Shown here: positions 28,145 to 37,569 of the stretch, piece after piece
Layout of the letters: every line of letters starts with the position of its first letter
How positions within the stretch are numbered: position 1 is the stretch's first letter
Assembly (NCBI GenBank): GCA_050246755.1
Contig: JBFWVL010000001.1
Coordinates: forward strand, 832,001-896,000
Source: Bacteriovoracia bacterium
GTDB taxonomy: Bacteria > Bdellovibrionota > UBA1018 > CAIPTA01
Length of the DNA: 64,000 nt
Direction: 5' to 3'
Notes under the pieces: generated by a model
Databases searched by the model: none
Told to the model about the DNA's origin: nothing
The model's input: the letters and a program-made list of their open reading frames with translations, nothing else
Translations under genes and position numbers: made by a program

Positions 28145-29092
28145 CTAAGCGGCTTTTTTTAAGGCACCGGCAACGGTACCCGCTTTTTTCATGGCTTTGT
28201 AAATCGTCTCCATTTGAAAAGGCTTCACTACGAAGCCATTTACCCCTTCTTTAATTGCCTCGGTAACTTCGGTGGCATTTTGCTCACCAGTTACCAGGAT
28301 CACGGGCGAGCCCTTCAATTCCTTATCGCGGCGAATTTTTTTTAGTAACTCAATCCCAGACATGTTTGGCATATGCCAGTCAGCTACCAGCAACGCGATC
28401 TGCGGAGAAGAGCCCGCCATCTTTTTGAATGCCGCTTCACCGTCTTCGCACTCATCCACGTTAATGTATCCCGCCAAATTGAGCGCATGGCGGCTGAGTT
28501 TACGTGAAGTGGCCGAATCGTCCACCACCAGCATACGGCTGTTCGTGGCAAAGCCAAACGAATCCACCGATTTCTGCTCATAAAATTTCTTGTCGAAGAG
28601 AGGGAAAACGAAACTGATCTCCTTATCGTTCGCAGTAAAGGTAAGAGTAACCACCTTCTCCACCATCACGCTCGCCCAGCCAAACAGTGCTTTTTGTGGT
28701 ACCGCTAACATCGAGTTCGGCTCGATCTTCACTTGTTTATCTGTGAGTTCTACTTCAGCCGCGTTATAAACGACTTTGCAGAATTCTTTTTCCGCGTCTT
28801 TCTGGATCTCGGCCATTTCGTCCGCGCTTTTTTCGGCGCCAGCTACCCACGCAAAGAATGCCTTTTCCTGCTCCGGGCTTCCGAAACCTACTGGAAACGC
28901 CGTGGTCGTTTTCATCGCGGTAAATCGCATCGCACAGAAGGGGCGCACTTCGGTAACTTGCTTGGCGGCCGTTTCAGTCGCGCCCGTGGGCTTAAGATCC
29001 AGCTTGTACTTAAATTTTACCCAATCAACGATGCCCTTCTGCAGATTAGCCATGGCACGTTTACTATTGGAAAAAACTTCAGCTGGAAACAT
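28145..29092 (-). CDS. CheY-like response regulator with an N-terminal CheX/CheC-like extension
   Basis: C-terminal receiver (LVVDDS, DWHMPNMSG, FVVKPF). Confidence 0.8.
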   Translation of the reverse strand: MFPAEVFSNSKRAMANLQKGIVDWVKFKYKLDLKPTGATETAAKQVTEVRPFCAMRFTAMKTTTAFPVGFGSPEQEKAFFAWVAGAEKSADEMAEIQKDAEKEFCKVVYNAAEVELTDKQVKIEPNSMLAVPQKALFGWASVMVEKVVTLTFTANDKEISFVFPLFDKKFYEQKSVDSFGFATNSRMLVVDDSATSRKLSRHALNLAGYINVDECEDGEAAFKKMAGSSPQIALLVADWHMPNMSGIELLKKIRRDKELKGSPVILVTGEQNATEVTEAIKEGVNGFVVKPFQMETIYKAMKKAGTVAGALKKAA

Positions 29093-29130
29093 GGAAACCC
29101 CCTACATTCACAATTACCGGCAACCCTGAC

Positions 29131-29158
29131 CTATCGGTGCGTTTACTTATCGGCTTTA
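29131..29158 (-). promoter_or_regulatory. possible sigma28 (FliA) promoter
   Basis: Minus strand TAAAG-N15-ACCGATAG, with an overlapping GCCGATAA, upstream of the chemotaxis genes. Confidence 0.4.
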
Positions 29159-29407
29159 TGCTGCTGGCCACTTTTTGAGGGAAGCTGCTGGAATGGCTTT
29201 TAATTAGAGAGGAAAAGCTCTTTTGAGGCAGCTCGCTACCAAAAGTTCAGAATTTTTACCGGAAACAGCCGGTAGCCTGGCACAAAAAATCACTGCCATG
29301 ATTTTGGCGTGTAAAAACCCTCGGATATTGCCTCCTTTCCTAGAGGAACTTAGCCAAAAATTTTTACCTATGCTCTGACAGCATGTATCCTTAAAGAGGG
29401 GGGATTC

Positions 29408-30394
29408 ATGCGCTTACTCACTAAAGTATTCTTATTGGCTCTGGTAGCAAATTCCGGCCTCGCTTTTTCCGCCGAAGTTACCTCCGAAACTTTTTCAAAA
29501 AGAATCGCCTCTACCGGCAAGTGGGACCAACTCCTTACCGGATTCCGTGATTCCCTGAATCCTCTCGTGCTTAAAGAGCTAACCGCCCTAACCCAAGACG
29601 CAGATTTTCCCAAAATGCGCGCGCAAAGGGGCCGCCTGCTGATCAGCAACGAAAATGGCGAGCACCTCACCGTGGTTTTTTTCCAGAAAGACGGCGCAGT
29701 TACTTTCAATGGCAAAGAGTGGAAGATCCAACCGCTCGCCACTCCCGAGGCCGAAGTGAAGCGCATTACCGAAATCCTCACCTCGCGTAATGCGTTGTTC
29801 GATTTCGTGGTGCCGTCTGCTTTCGCGGGCGGAATGAGTATGACCAAAGGCGTGGCCGCGGCGGCCTACGCTAGCGCCGCTGCGTGGAAGGGCTTGAACT
29901 GCGCGATGCCGCAGCTTTCGGATGAGGCGTTGCGGACTTGCCCTTTGATGGCGGTGGGGATGCAGGGTTTGACTCCTCTCGACCCCAAAGCTCCTATAAA
30001 TTCGGATACCGTTTATCCAATAAAACTAAAGTGTCCAGCTGACAACAATGGAATATTGGAACTGACTCTCAAAAGACGTGACGGAAGCGCCGATAAATTA
30101 GAAATTGATTACTCTAACGGCAATACAAATTCAGTAAGTCTTTCAGTCGCCGAGAATTCAAATCCATATAAAGTATTTTTTAAAGTTAAAGCCTCAGAAG
30201 CAGCTCAATCAAAATTTGCAGAAGACGCGCTTTGGGTACTAAAGCAAGGCGACGCGTTTAATCAGCGCGTTTGTACTTCGAATGAAGTACGTAAGAGATT
30301 TAATGAACTAGCCAACGCGAATGCAATTGAATTACAAAAAAGCACTTCGCTGCAATATGACAACGAATATAAAAAATCGTCTTCAGGAATTTAA
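29408..30394 (+). CDS. secreted hypothetical protein
   Basis: Signal peptide ending AFS|A; GAGGGGG RBS; base composition shifts AT-rich near 29990. Confidence 0.75.
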   Translation: MRLLTKVFLLALVANSGLAFSAEVTSETFSKRIASTGKWDQLLTGFRDSLNPLVLKELTALTQDADFPKMRAQRGRLLISNENGEHLTVVFFQKDGAVTFNGKEWKIQPLATPEAEVKRITEILTSRNALFDFVVPSAFAGGMSMTKGVAAAAYASAAAWKGLNCAMPQLSDEALRTCPLMAVGMQGLTPLDPKAPINSDTVYPIKLKCPADNNGILELTLKRRDGSADKLEIDYSNGNTNSVSLSVAENSNPYKVFFKVKASEAAQSKFAEDALWVLKQGDAFNQRVCTSNEVRKRFNELANANAIELQKSTSLQYDNEYKKSSSGI

Positions 30395-30434
30395 ATTTTA
30401 AGAAATTACTTTTTGATAAAATCAGAGTTAAAAA

Positions 30435-31724
30435 ATGAAAAAAAATAGTCTTAAACTTCTTTTTTTATTTAAGAAAAAATTTTTTCTATTTTTTTTGACT
30501 ACCTTTATAGCTTCTCACTCTGCTTTTTTAATAGCAGCTCCCGGGGGCATTCCTTACTCCAGCCCAGATGGTCGCAGAAGGTCGAATATAGGAACCGGGA
30601 TTATTAATAGTATCGAAAGCACTACTTCACCCGCTGGAACACCCAATACTAGCGATTCTAATGCTCCAGATCCAGCCTCACAAAACGGCGCGGTTGCAAA
30701 AGGCAAAGGTGAAGCCGACAAAGGCAAAGAGAAGTCAGAAGCCGAGCTTGCTCAGAAACGCGAACAAGACAGATTCAAGCAATTGCAGCAAGATAAAGAT
30801 TTAGCCGCTGCCGCAAAAAGAGCTCGCGATTTAAATGCTCAAAAGTCTAAAACTCCGCAGCAACAGTCTCAAATCAAAGACGACATAGACCTGATTGAAA
30901 AGGCCAGAGAACAAAAAAAGAAAGATCAGCTCTTTGCCGAGAAAGAAGCAAGGAAAGCGCATGATGATGAAATAAGAAGACGCCTTCTCGCAATTTCTGA
31001 TGCACAGGTAAAACATCAAGAGTTTAAGAAGGAAGAAGCGCGCCTGACAAATCAAATCGCGGAATTTTCAAATCTTGCTGCTCAGATGATGCAAGCAGGA
31101 ACCGTAATGGGTTCCATAAAAAACCCAAACATAGCTCCCCTCCAAACCGCTCCCAAAAGTGGCGTCGACTCCTCTTCTGTCAGTCAACAGCCGGCCACAG
31201 ATAAGGAAGATTCTAGGCTCACCGACGAAACACAAGCGAGGCTTGATGCGCTCGAAAAAAGTATCGCCCTCGATTCAAAAGTGGATTCAACAAAATCCGC
31301 CGCCTCTAAGCCTAAAGACTACTCCCTCAAGAAAGCTCTCCTCGCCAAACTAGCGGCGGGAGAAAAACTTTCTGCGAGCGAAATGAAGAGCCTCGGCAAC
31401 GGTTCGCCCACGGAAGGCGACGCCAGCAATGTGAGCGCGAAACGAGAAGCTCCCGCCACGAATGTCACCGAAGATTTCTTGGAGTCTCCCGTTAACCAGA
31501 ACTCCGGGGGCTCGCCGAAGTTCAGTATGCGCGGTTCGGAAACCGATGCGGAGGTGAAGCGTCTAGTCGACGGAGAAGCCAGCCGCGGCCTTGCCTCCGT
31601 CGATCCCATCCAAGCAGACGGCGTTCTCGAAACTGACTCCCCTTCTCTCTTTGATCGCGTGAAATCTCATATCTCCGCCTGCCTGCGCCAGCGTTGCGTG
31701 GCTTCCGCTTACATCGCGAAGTAA
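30435..31724 (+). CDS. secreted or anchored coiled-coil, low-complexity hypothetical protein
   Basis: Hydrophobic N-terminus; K/E/Q coiled coil; C-terminal SLFDRVKSHISACLRQRCV. Confidence 0.7.
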   Translation: MKKNSLKLLFLFKKKFFLFFLTTFIASHSAFLIAAPGGIPYSSPDGRRRSNIGTGIINSIESTTSPAGTPNTSDSNAPDPASQNGAVAKGKGEADKGKEKSEAELAQKREQDRFKQLQQDKDLAAAAKRARDLNAQKSKTPQQQSQIKDDIDLIEKAREQKKKDQLFAEKEARKAHDDEIRRRLLAISDAQVKHQEFKKEEARLTNQIAEFSNLAAQMMQAGTVMGSIKNPNIAPLQTAPKSGVDSSSVSQQPATDKEDSRLTDETQARLDALEKSIALDSKVDSTKSAASKPKDYSLKKALLAKLAAGEKLSASEMKSLGNGSPTEGDASNVSAKREAPATNVTEDFLESPVNQNSGGSPKFSMRGSETDAEVKRLVDGEASRGLASVDPIQADGVLETDSPSLFDRVKSHISACLRQRCVASAYIAK

Positions 31725-31853
31725 CCTGCACGTCATCGTTTGCTAGTTTACCTGGAACCGGATTAGGGTCGAGCTTTAACCTCAACTCCCCGATCGAAAA
31801 ATATCATAGCCCGGGTTTGCGAGCGTGCATGCGTTCTTAGCGTGCTTTTTCGG

Positions 31854-33656
31854 CTAGTGGAAGTGCTGGTGCGCTTCGTCCATGGCTTTGATGCCTGAAG
31901 CTTTCAAGCTAGCAGTTTTTCCGCATTTCTTGAGGAACTTTTGCCGAGGGGCATCGGCGCGGTAGAAGTCGGAAGCGCGGATATTTTTATGCCAGCGCTT
32001 GAGCACGTTGGCGGTGAGATCGCGCAAGATATAAGGAGCATCCCAGAAAACCTCTACGGCTTCCGGCGGAATTTTCACGGAGCGTACGCCGCTGCCGCCG
32101 CCGGCGAGAAAATCGCTGGTAGCAATCTTATACATTTTGTCTTTTTCGAGGGGGCGGCCGTTAAGGGTAATCTCTTTGATCTCGCAGCCGTCGCCGGTGA
32201 AGGTAAGGTTGGAAGACCAGGAAAATACTCCCGCGCCGCTGAAGGCCCCTACTTTCACGAGGTCGTATACTTTGCTGCCGGGAATGGTGATGGTTGCGAG
32301 CTGGTTATCGAAAGGCAGAACGTTGAACACGTCGCCGTAGGTTACGGGGCCGGCGGCAATATTAGCGCGGAGGCCGCCGCCATTGGTGAGGCCGATATCG
32401 GCTTCGGGAAGAGCATCGCGGGTGGCGTCGGCCACCAAATTGCCAAGGGCAGATTCCCTCGAATATTCGCGGGTGATTTCATCCAAAGCGGAGAACTCGA
32501 GCGGGGCTTCTTTCAAGGCGCGTACTTTTTCGAGGTCGGCGGCGAGGAGCTTGGTCACCGCGGCATCTGGTTTGATCTGTTCGCCGAAGAAAACGGCGGG
32601 CTCAGGAGCGCCGCGGGATTTTTTGATGTCGTAGGGATCGCAGGTTTTTCCCTTGGCGCCCTCCACTACTTGCTCACATACGGGCACTAGGCCGGAAACC
32701 TCGGAAGTGTGATTTGCCACGTTCACGGTGGCCCAACCTACGTATTTTCCGCCCGAGAAGGCTTGAAGCACGGCGATGCCATTTACTTTTTTCGCTACGC
32801 CGCGATGGGTGTGGCCGGTGAGCACGAGGTCCACGAGGCCGGGAGGCAGCGTTTTGGCGAAATCCAGGGATTCGGAGTCTTTGGCGTTGCAGGAGCTGAG
32901 GTCTTCCTGGCTGGTGAGAGAATTATCTTCGCAGATAGCGCCTACGTGCATCGTCACGATCACTACGTCTACGTTCTCTTCTTTTCTTAGGCGTTCGGCT
33001 TCGTTGCGCACGCTCGGCAGAAGAGGCTGAAACACGAGGCCGGTGAGATTGAGGGCGTTGGTAGAGCCGGGAGTTCCAGGGCTAGCCGCACCCACGATGC
33101 CCACGCGGAGGCCGCCTACTTCCACTACCATCGAGGCCTTCAGCCATTCGGGCATCGCGCCCGAGGTGGTGCGCATGTTCGCGGCCAAGAATGGAAACTT
33201 CGCTTCTTTGATTCTGGCTTTGAGGGCACCGCGGGGATCGTCGGAGGGAGAGCGAGGAACAGCTTTATCACCTTCGGGGCCGTAGTCGAACTCATGGTTA
33301 CCAAGCGCAGAAGCGGTGAGGCCGAGATGATTATAGAGGCGCACTACCGGCGCACCTTCGAATCGGTTGGAAGCCATCGATCCCTGAAAAAGATCGCCAC
33401 TATCGATCCAGAGCAGCGGGCCCTTGGTATTTTTCTTCAGCGTCTTGATATAGGTGGCGAAAACGGAAGCGCCGCCGATGGAGAGCTTCTGCCCGTCGCC
33501 GCTGATTCCCTCTTCAGCTTCAAGAGCGCCGTGAAAATCGGTGGTGGAGACTACGGTGAGCGTGGCAGGAGCTTTCGAACTGATTTGACGATCGACTGGT
33601 TGGGCAGAACAAGCCGTAAGAAATGCCAGCGCGATAAATGAAATTCTAGCTCTCAT
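31854..33656 (-). CDS. bifunctional metallophosphatase/5'-nucleotidase (UshA-like) lipoprotein
   Basis: TTDFHG, DSGDLFQG, GNHEFDYG, GHTH and NGGGLR motifs; lipobox LTAC. Confidence 0.93.
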   Translation of the reverse strand: MRARISFIALAFLTACSAQPVDRQISSKAPATLTVVSTTDFHGALEAEEGISGDGQKLSIGGASVFATYIKTLKKNTKGPLLWIDSGDLFQGSMASNRFEGAPVVRLYNHLGLTASALGNHEFDYGPEGDKAVPRSPSDDPRGALKARIKEAKFPFLAANMRTTSGAMPEWLKASMVVEVGGLRVGIVGAASPGTPGSTNALNLTGLVFQPLLPSVRNEAERLRKEENVDVVIVTMHVGAICEDNSLTSQEDLSSCNAKDSESLDFAKTLPPGLVDLVLTGHTHRGVAKKVNGIAVLQAFSGGKYVGWATVNVANHTSEVSGLVPVCEQVVEGAKGKTCDPYDIKKSRGAPEPAVFFGEQIKPDAAVTKLLAADLEKVRALKEAPLEFSALDEITREYSRESALGNLVADATRDALPEADIGLTNGGGLRANIAAGPVTYGDVFNVLPFDNQLATITIPGSKVYDLVKVGAFSGAGVFSWSSNLTFTGDGCEIKEITLNGRPLEKDKMYKIATSDFLAGGGSGVRSVKIPPEAVEVFWDAPYILRDLTANVLKRWHKNIRASDFYRADAPRQKFLKKCGKTASLKASGIKAMDEAHQHFH

Positions 33657-33767
33657 GAGAAATCCTCCAGCCGAAAAGGCTGAGAAAATTAGACCATAAA
33701 AAGCTCCCCTCTTCACTCGAGAAAAATGGATTCCGCGGCCGTGTTCGCGACGCCATATTTTTGACGG

Positions 33768-33807
33768 AAAAAAGAAAAGCGGGCTCATCTCCAAAGAGAT
33801 GGCCCGC
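33768..33807 (-). terminator. intrinsic terminator of the 33827 gene
   Basis: GCGGGC-TCATCTC/GAGATG-GCCCGC hairpin with an adjacent A-tract (U-tract on the minus strand). Confidence 0.7.
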
Positions 33808-33826
33808 GGTAACTGGCTCTATTTCA

Positions 33827-36121
33827 TTAGCGCTTTGCGGCCTGGGGAAGCTGCGCAGCGTATTCGCGGGAGATGTCCGCGAGCGTCTGTTTAGCGGCTT
33901 CGATGCGGTCGTCGGCCACTTTACGATCTGCGGTGTAAGGAACCAGCAAAGCGTTTACTTCGGCCAAGCGATTGGTTTTCTGGGTGATGGTCTCATTGGT
34001 AGCGATGATTCGCTTATCGAGACTATCACGCAAAGCGGTCTGATCTTTGATGAGCTGTTCGCGATTTTTCACGGAAGCTTTATAGGTCGCGATTTGTTGC
34101 TGAATCGAAGAAACCCGGCTGGCGGTTTTATTCACTTCGGCATCAAGCGCGTCGTAGTTTACCTTCGCCTTATACGCACGGTACGCATCGGTAGAGCGAG
34201 CCACGGCGCGAACCGCGGAGTTCAGCTCTTCGATGGTAGCGTAACGCTGCGACTGCAAATTGGAGAGTTCGTTCTGCAAGCTAGGAATCACGTACTGATT
34301 TAGATCGCGGATACGAGTGTCCATTTGATCGCGGCGGCTTTCGAGGCCGGCAACCCAGCGGCGGGCTTCGGCTTCGCGGCGCACGATTTCGTCGCGCTGG
34401 CGATACACGTCTTGCTCGATCTGGCGCTCGATGCCGTCTTTTTCGGCGGATCTGGCAGCCAAATTATTTTGGGTTTGGGCCAGCGATTGGTTCGCCGTGT
34501 TCAGACGAGCGATGGCGGCATTGAGTTCGTTCCGCTGGGCCGTGCAATCCGGCGCCGAAGGCACAGGTACGGGAGTAGGCACTGGTACCGGCGTGGGAAC
34601 CGGAGTGGGCGTAGGAGTAGGATCAGGGGTTCCGGGGCCATTGCCTCCGCGGCCACCACGGCCTTGTCCGTCGCCACGGCCTTCGCCGCCCCTATCGCCA
34701 CCACCAAAGCCGCCGCCGCGACCACCACGGCCTCCGCGGCCGTTAGCGTCGTCTTCGGCGCTAGCGATAGCGCGGTTTACCAATAATTCGAGGGCGCTAG
34801 CCGCACGTCCGCCTTCGCAGGCACGGAGAGCTTGCTCTCTGGCTAATTGATCAGCCTGAGCGGCAGTCACTTGCTGTTGGTAGGAGCGTACGTTCTGCGT
34901 AAGGGTGCGGATCTCGTTCTCGAGTCCACCCAACCGGCGGTCGCCATCCTTACGGCGACGGATCTCGAAGCTAGGGTCGAAGCTGCGTAATGCGCTTTCG
35001 GCCTCGGCCAAACGCATGCGGGCACGACGGGTTTCGTCTACATTGCGATCAAGCTCGCCACGTAGCTGCTCCGACTCGGCATTGCGATCCGCAAGGTCTT
35101 GCGTCTTGCCGGAAATATTTTGCTCGATATTCGAAAGGTTACTTTCGGCATTCGACTGGCGGTTCTGGTCGTTCTGCAGAAGCGAGCGCAAACGGTCGTG
35201 CTCGGGAACGAACGGTTTAAGGTTCGCGAAAGCGATTTCGTAGGCGGACTGTGCCGATACCAAGAGTGCTTCCTGAGAAGCGATCGAAGCTTTCAACGTA
35301 ATGATATCGCCGTGGGCTTTATCGATCGCGGCTTGGGCGTTATTGCGGGCGGTGATCAAGGCCGGAAGATCGTGGTTCGAAAGCTGGTCGAGAGCGCCAG
35401 CGAGCGTTGCTTTCTCTTGGTTCAGCTTCGCGTAGCGCGCTTCGAGCGCGGCCAATTCGGCATTCATCTTGCCGATATTTTGCTGGGCCGCTACCGCTTT
35501 GGTCACGATATCGCGCAGAAGGCCGGCACGAACGGAATCTACTTTGGTCGCGTCGGTAGTATTTACTTCCGGTGGGAGAAAGTTCTTCTCGAACTGAACG
35601 GAGTTCAGGGCCGGAGAGGCCACGCAGCGTTTTTCGAGTTGCGTGAGCACGGCGGTAGCTCCGCTCATAGAGAAAGGCAGCTCGCCCATTCCGCCAGAGG
35701 CATCCACGTTCAACTGGGCGGAGGCTTTCATTTCCGCGATGAATTTATCGGTGCCACGAGGGAGATTCCAGAAGGTATCTTCGCCTTTAGCAGTGCGCGG
35801 AAGCTTTACGAAAGTATAAGTGCGCCCGGATTCGATGGTTACGCGGAAACTACTCACTTTTGAGGGAGACTTGAAGGGGCGGATCAAAAGCTCCATTGGG
35901 TGCGCGCCGCTTTTATCGATCACCACGTTGAGGGAGTAGGCGCCGTAGTTGCCGAGATAAGTGGCGGTGGCGGCAACGCAGTTGCCCTTGCCCTGCACTC
36001 CGGGTTGGGAATCGTCGAGCGACCAGTCTCCGGAAGAATAGATGGTTTTAGCGTGGGCTTGAGAAGAGAGGGCTAAGGTGATCGTGGTGAGAACGAGCAG
36101 GGCTGGTAGACGAGCGCGCAT
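33827..36121 (-). CDS. large secreted coiled-coil protein with an IalB-like N-domain and an internal Gly/Arg plus Pro/Thr-rich loop
   Basis: Signal peptide; GDW..C and FSMSG..AVL..L...C pattern; long heptad repeats; GRGGRGG and PTPTPVP segments. Confidence 0.75.
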   Translation of the reverse strand: MRARLPALLVLTTITLALSSQAHAKTIYSSGDWSLDDSQPGVQGKGNCVAATATYLGNYGAYSLNVVIDKSGAHPMELLIRPFKSPSKVSSFRVTIESGRTYTFVKLPRTAKGEDTFWNLPRGTDKFIAEMKASAQLNVDASGGMGELPFSMSGATAVLTQLEKRCVASPALNSVQFEKNFLPPEVNTTDATKVDSVRAGLLRDIVTKAVAAQQNIGKMNAELAALEARYAKLNQEKATLAGALDQLSNHDLPALITARNNAQAAIDKAHGDIITLKASIASQEALLVSAQSAYEIAFANLKPFVPEHDRLRSLLQNDQNRQSNAESNLSNIEQNISGKTQDLADRNAESEQLRGELDRNVDETRRARMRLAEAESALRSFDPSFEIRRRKDGDRRLGGLENEIRTLTQNVRSYQQQVTAAQADQLAREQALRACEGGRAASALELLVNRAIASAEDDANGRGGRGGRGGGFGGGDRGGEGRGDGQGRGGRGGNGPGTPDPTPTPTPVPTPVPVPTPVPVPSAPDCTAQRNELNAAIARLNTANQSLAQTQNNLAARSAEKDGIERQIEQDVYRQRDEIVRREAEARRWVAGLESRRDQMDTRIRDLNQYVIPSLQNELSNLQSQRYATIEELNSAVRAVARSTDAYRAYKAKVNYDALDAEVNKTASRVSSIQQQIATYKASVKNREQLIKDQTALRDSLDKRIIATNETITQKTNRLAEVNALLVPYTADRKVADDRIEAAKQTLADISREYAAQLPQAAKR

Positions 36122-36333
36122 GAAAAAAACCTCCGGAACGAACAACTGGGAGCAACAAAGGAGCCCGTACTATATTATAGTTGATTGAATTAGTCAATTT
36201 ATTGTGTGGCTACGTCCACCTGACCATAGCACCCTCACAAAGCATTGATTTTATTTAATAAAATGGAATAAAAAAGGCCCGAGCACCCGACGCAGGAGGG
36301 GTACCCAGGCCAATCTAAAAGAAGGAAGCGCCT

Positions 36334-36594
36334 TTAGTTAACGGCGTCTTTCACTTCGTCGCCCACGTTCTGGGCCTTATGCTTCAGTTTCTTTCCGGCG
36401 CATTCCATTTTGCCATTCACGAGCTCGCAGGTTTTATCCTTCATGTTTCTCGCGCCTTTACGCACGGTTTTTTTCGCGTCTTGAGCAGCCTCGGCCACAT
36501 CTTCCTTCATTTCACTTTCGGCATGCGCCCGCGGAAGAACCGAGGGGAAAGTGGAAAATGCGAATATCGTTGCCATTAGAATTACTTTTTTCAT
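36334..36594 (-). CDS. small secreted hypothetical protein (LEA/CsbD-like helices, one Cys pair)
   Basis: Signal peptide; TCELVNGKMECAGKKLKH; AAGGAG RBS. Confidence 0.75.
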   Translation of the reverse strand: MKKVILMATIFAFSTFPSVLPRAHAESEMKEDVAEAAQDAKKTVRKGARNMKDKTCELVNGKMECAGKKLKHKAQNVGDEVKDAVN

Positions 36595-36636
36595 TACTGC
36601 TCCTTTGTTTGTTGATGGAAATTTACGGCGTTACGC

Positions 36637-37155
36637 CTAATTTACGCCCGCGAGCACTCCTCTACTCTCTTCTAGAGCAGAGGTGCGAATCGGCAATTGA
36701 ATGATCGGCGCAAGTTTTAGCTTCTCCCGGGCTTCCCAATAACGGTCCCCGAGCTCCACAAGCTCCTCGCGGCTGAGAACTTTCTCCGCCATAGGAAAAA
36801 AATCCTCCTCTTCTTCTTTGAGGTGGTGCTCAAGAAGCTCACATAATACCTTCGTGCGCGTCACCCATTGGTCGTCCGTGGCTGCTTGCTTCAGCTTCAT
36901 CGCCTCGAATTCGGTAACGTCGTGCTCCTCAAGGCCCTCCATCGCGAAAGGACGCAATTTCTCCTCGGTGAGGGCACGCGTGATGAGCGTTTCCTCTTCG
37001 GCAAAGGTATGGCACTCGAGCAAAGGAAGAAGCACAGCATAAATTTTTCTTTTCTCTTCCACGCTTTCGGCCGCCTTAAGTGCCGCCATATTCTGGCGCA
37101 AGAGCTCATGATCCACGAGCAGCAGTTTTATAATGTCGGAGGAATCGTTGCGCAT
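36637..37155 (-). CDS. hemerythrin-like (HHE) domain protein
   Basis: LLVDH, H..AEE, EEH and HHLKEEEEDFFP motifs. Confidence 0.88.
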   Translation of the reverse strand: MRNDSSDIIKLLLVDHELLRQNMAALKAAESVEEKRKIYAVLLPLLECHTFAEEETLITRALTEEKLRPFAMEGLEEHDVTEFEAMKLKQAATDDQWVTRTKVLCELLEHHLKEEEEDFFPMAEKVLSREELVELGDRYWEAREKLKLAPIIQLPIRTSALEESRGVLAGVN

Positions 37156-37198
37156 ACTGTTCTCCAGAATCCTTTGTTGGAATACTCAAATAAATCCA

Positions 37199-37381
37199 CT
37201 AGTGGCGGATATGAGGTCCGCGGCCCGAAACAATTCCGGCCACAAAACTAATTACGGCTAAGATCAAGAACACCACTAGTAACGCACGGCCGATTTCCAT
37301 CGATACGCCGGCAATTCCTGTAGCGCCCAGCACTATGGCTATCAAAGCAACCACGAAAAATCCCAAAGCAGTTCTCAACAT
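37199..37381 (-). CDS. DUF1328 (YtjA-like) small membrane protein
   Basis: MLRTALGFFVVALIAIVLGATGIAGVSMEIGRALLVVFLILA is characteristic of the family. Confidence 0.9.
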   Translation of the reverse strand: MLRTALGFFVVALIAIVLGATGIAGVSMEIGRALLVVFLILAVISFVAGIVSGRGPHIRH

Positions 37382-37445
37382 AAATTCCTCCCGATTGAGG
37401 GTTAAACGCCTTTTTTAGGCTTCACCCCACGTTTACCGGCTAAAT

Positions 37446-37462
37446 TGCAACGTCGATGCCTA
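37446..37462 (-). promoter_or_regulatory. sigma54 -24/-12 promoter of the DUF1328-hemerythrin operon
   Basis: Minus strand TAGGCATCGACGTTGCA (GG-N10-GC). Confidence 0.7.
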
Positions 37463-37569
37463 CGCCGTTTGGAGCCGTACTGCCCTTTCTTGCATAGTAG
37501 GGAGATTCCGGTGGGGCATTGCGCCTCGGTCCATTGGGGACATTTGGTACCCGTGCTATCAATGAACTT

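Noticed and set aside
34555-34745. Short tandem nucleotide repeats
   Set aside because: They encode the PT/PV and Gly/Arg segments of the 33827 protein; there is no repeat-spacer structure, so this is not CRISPR.
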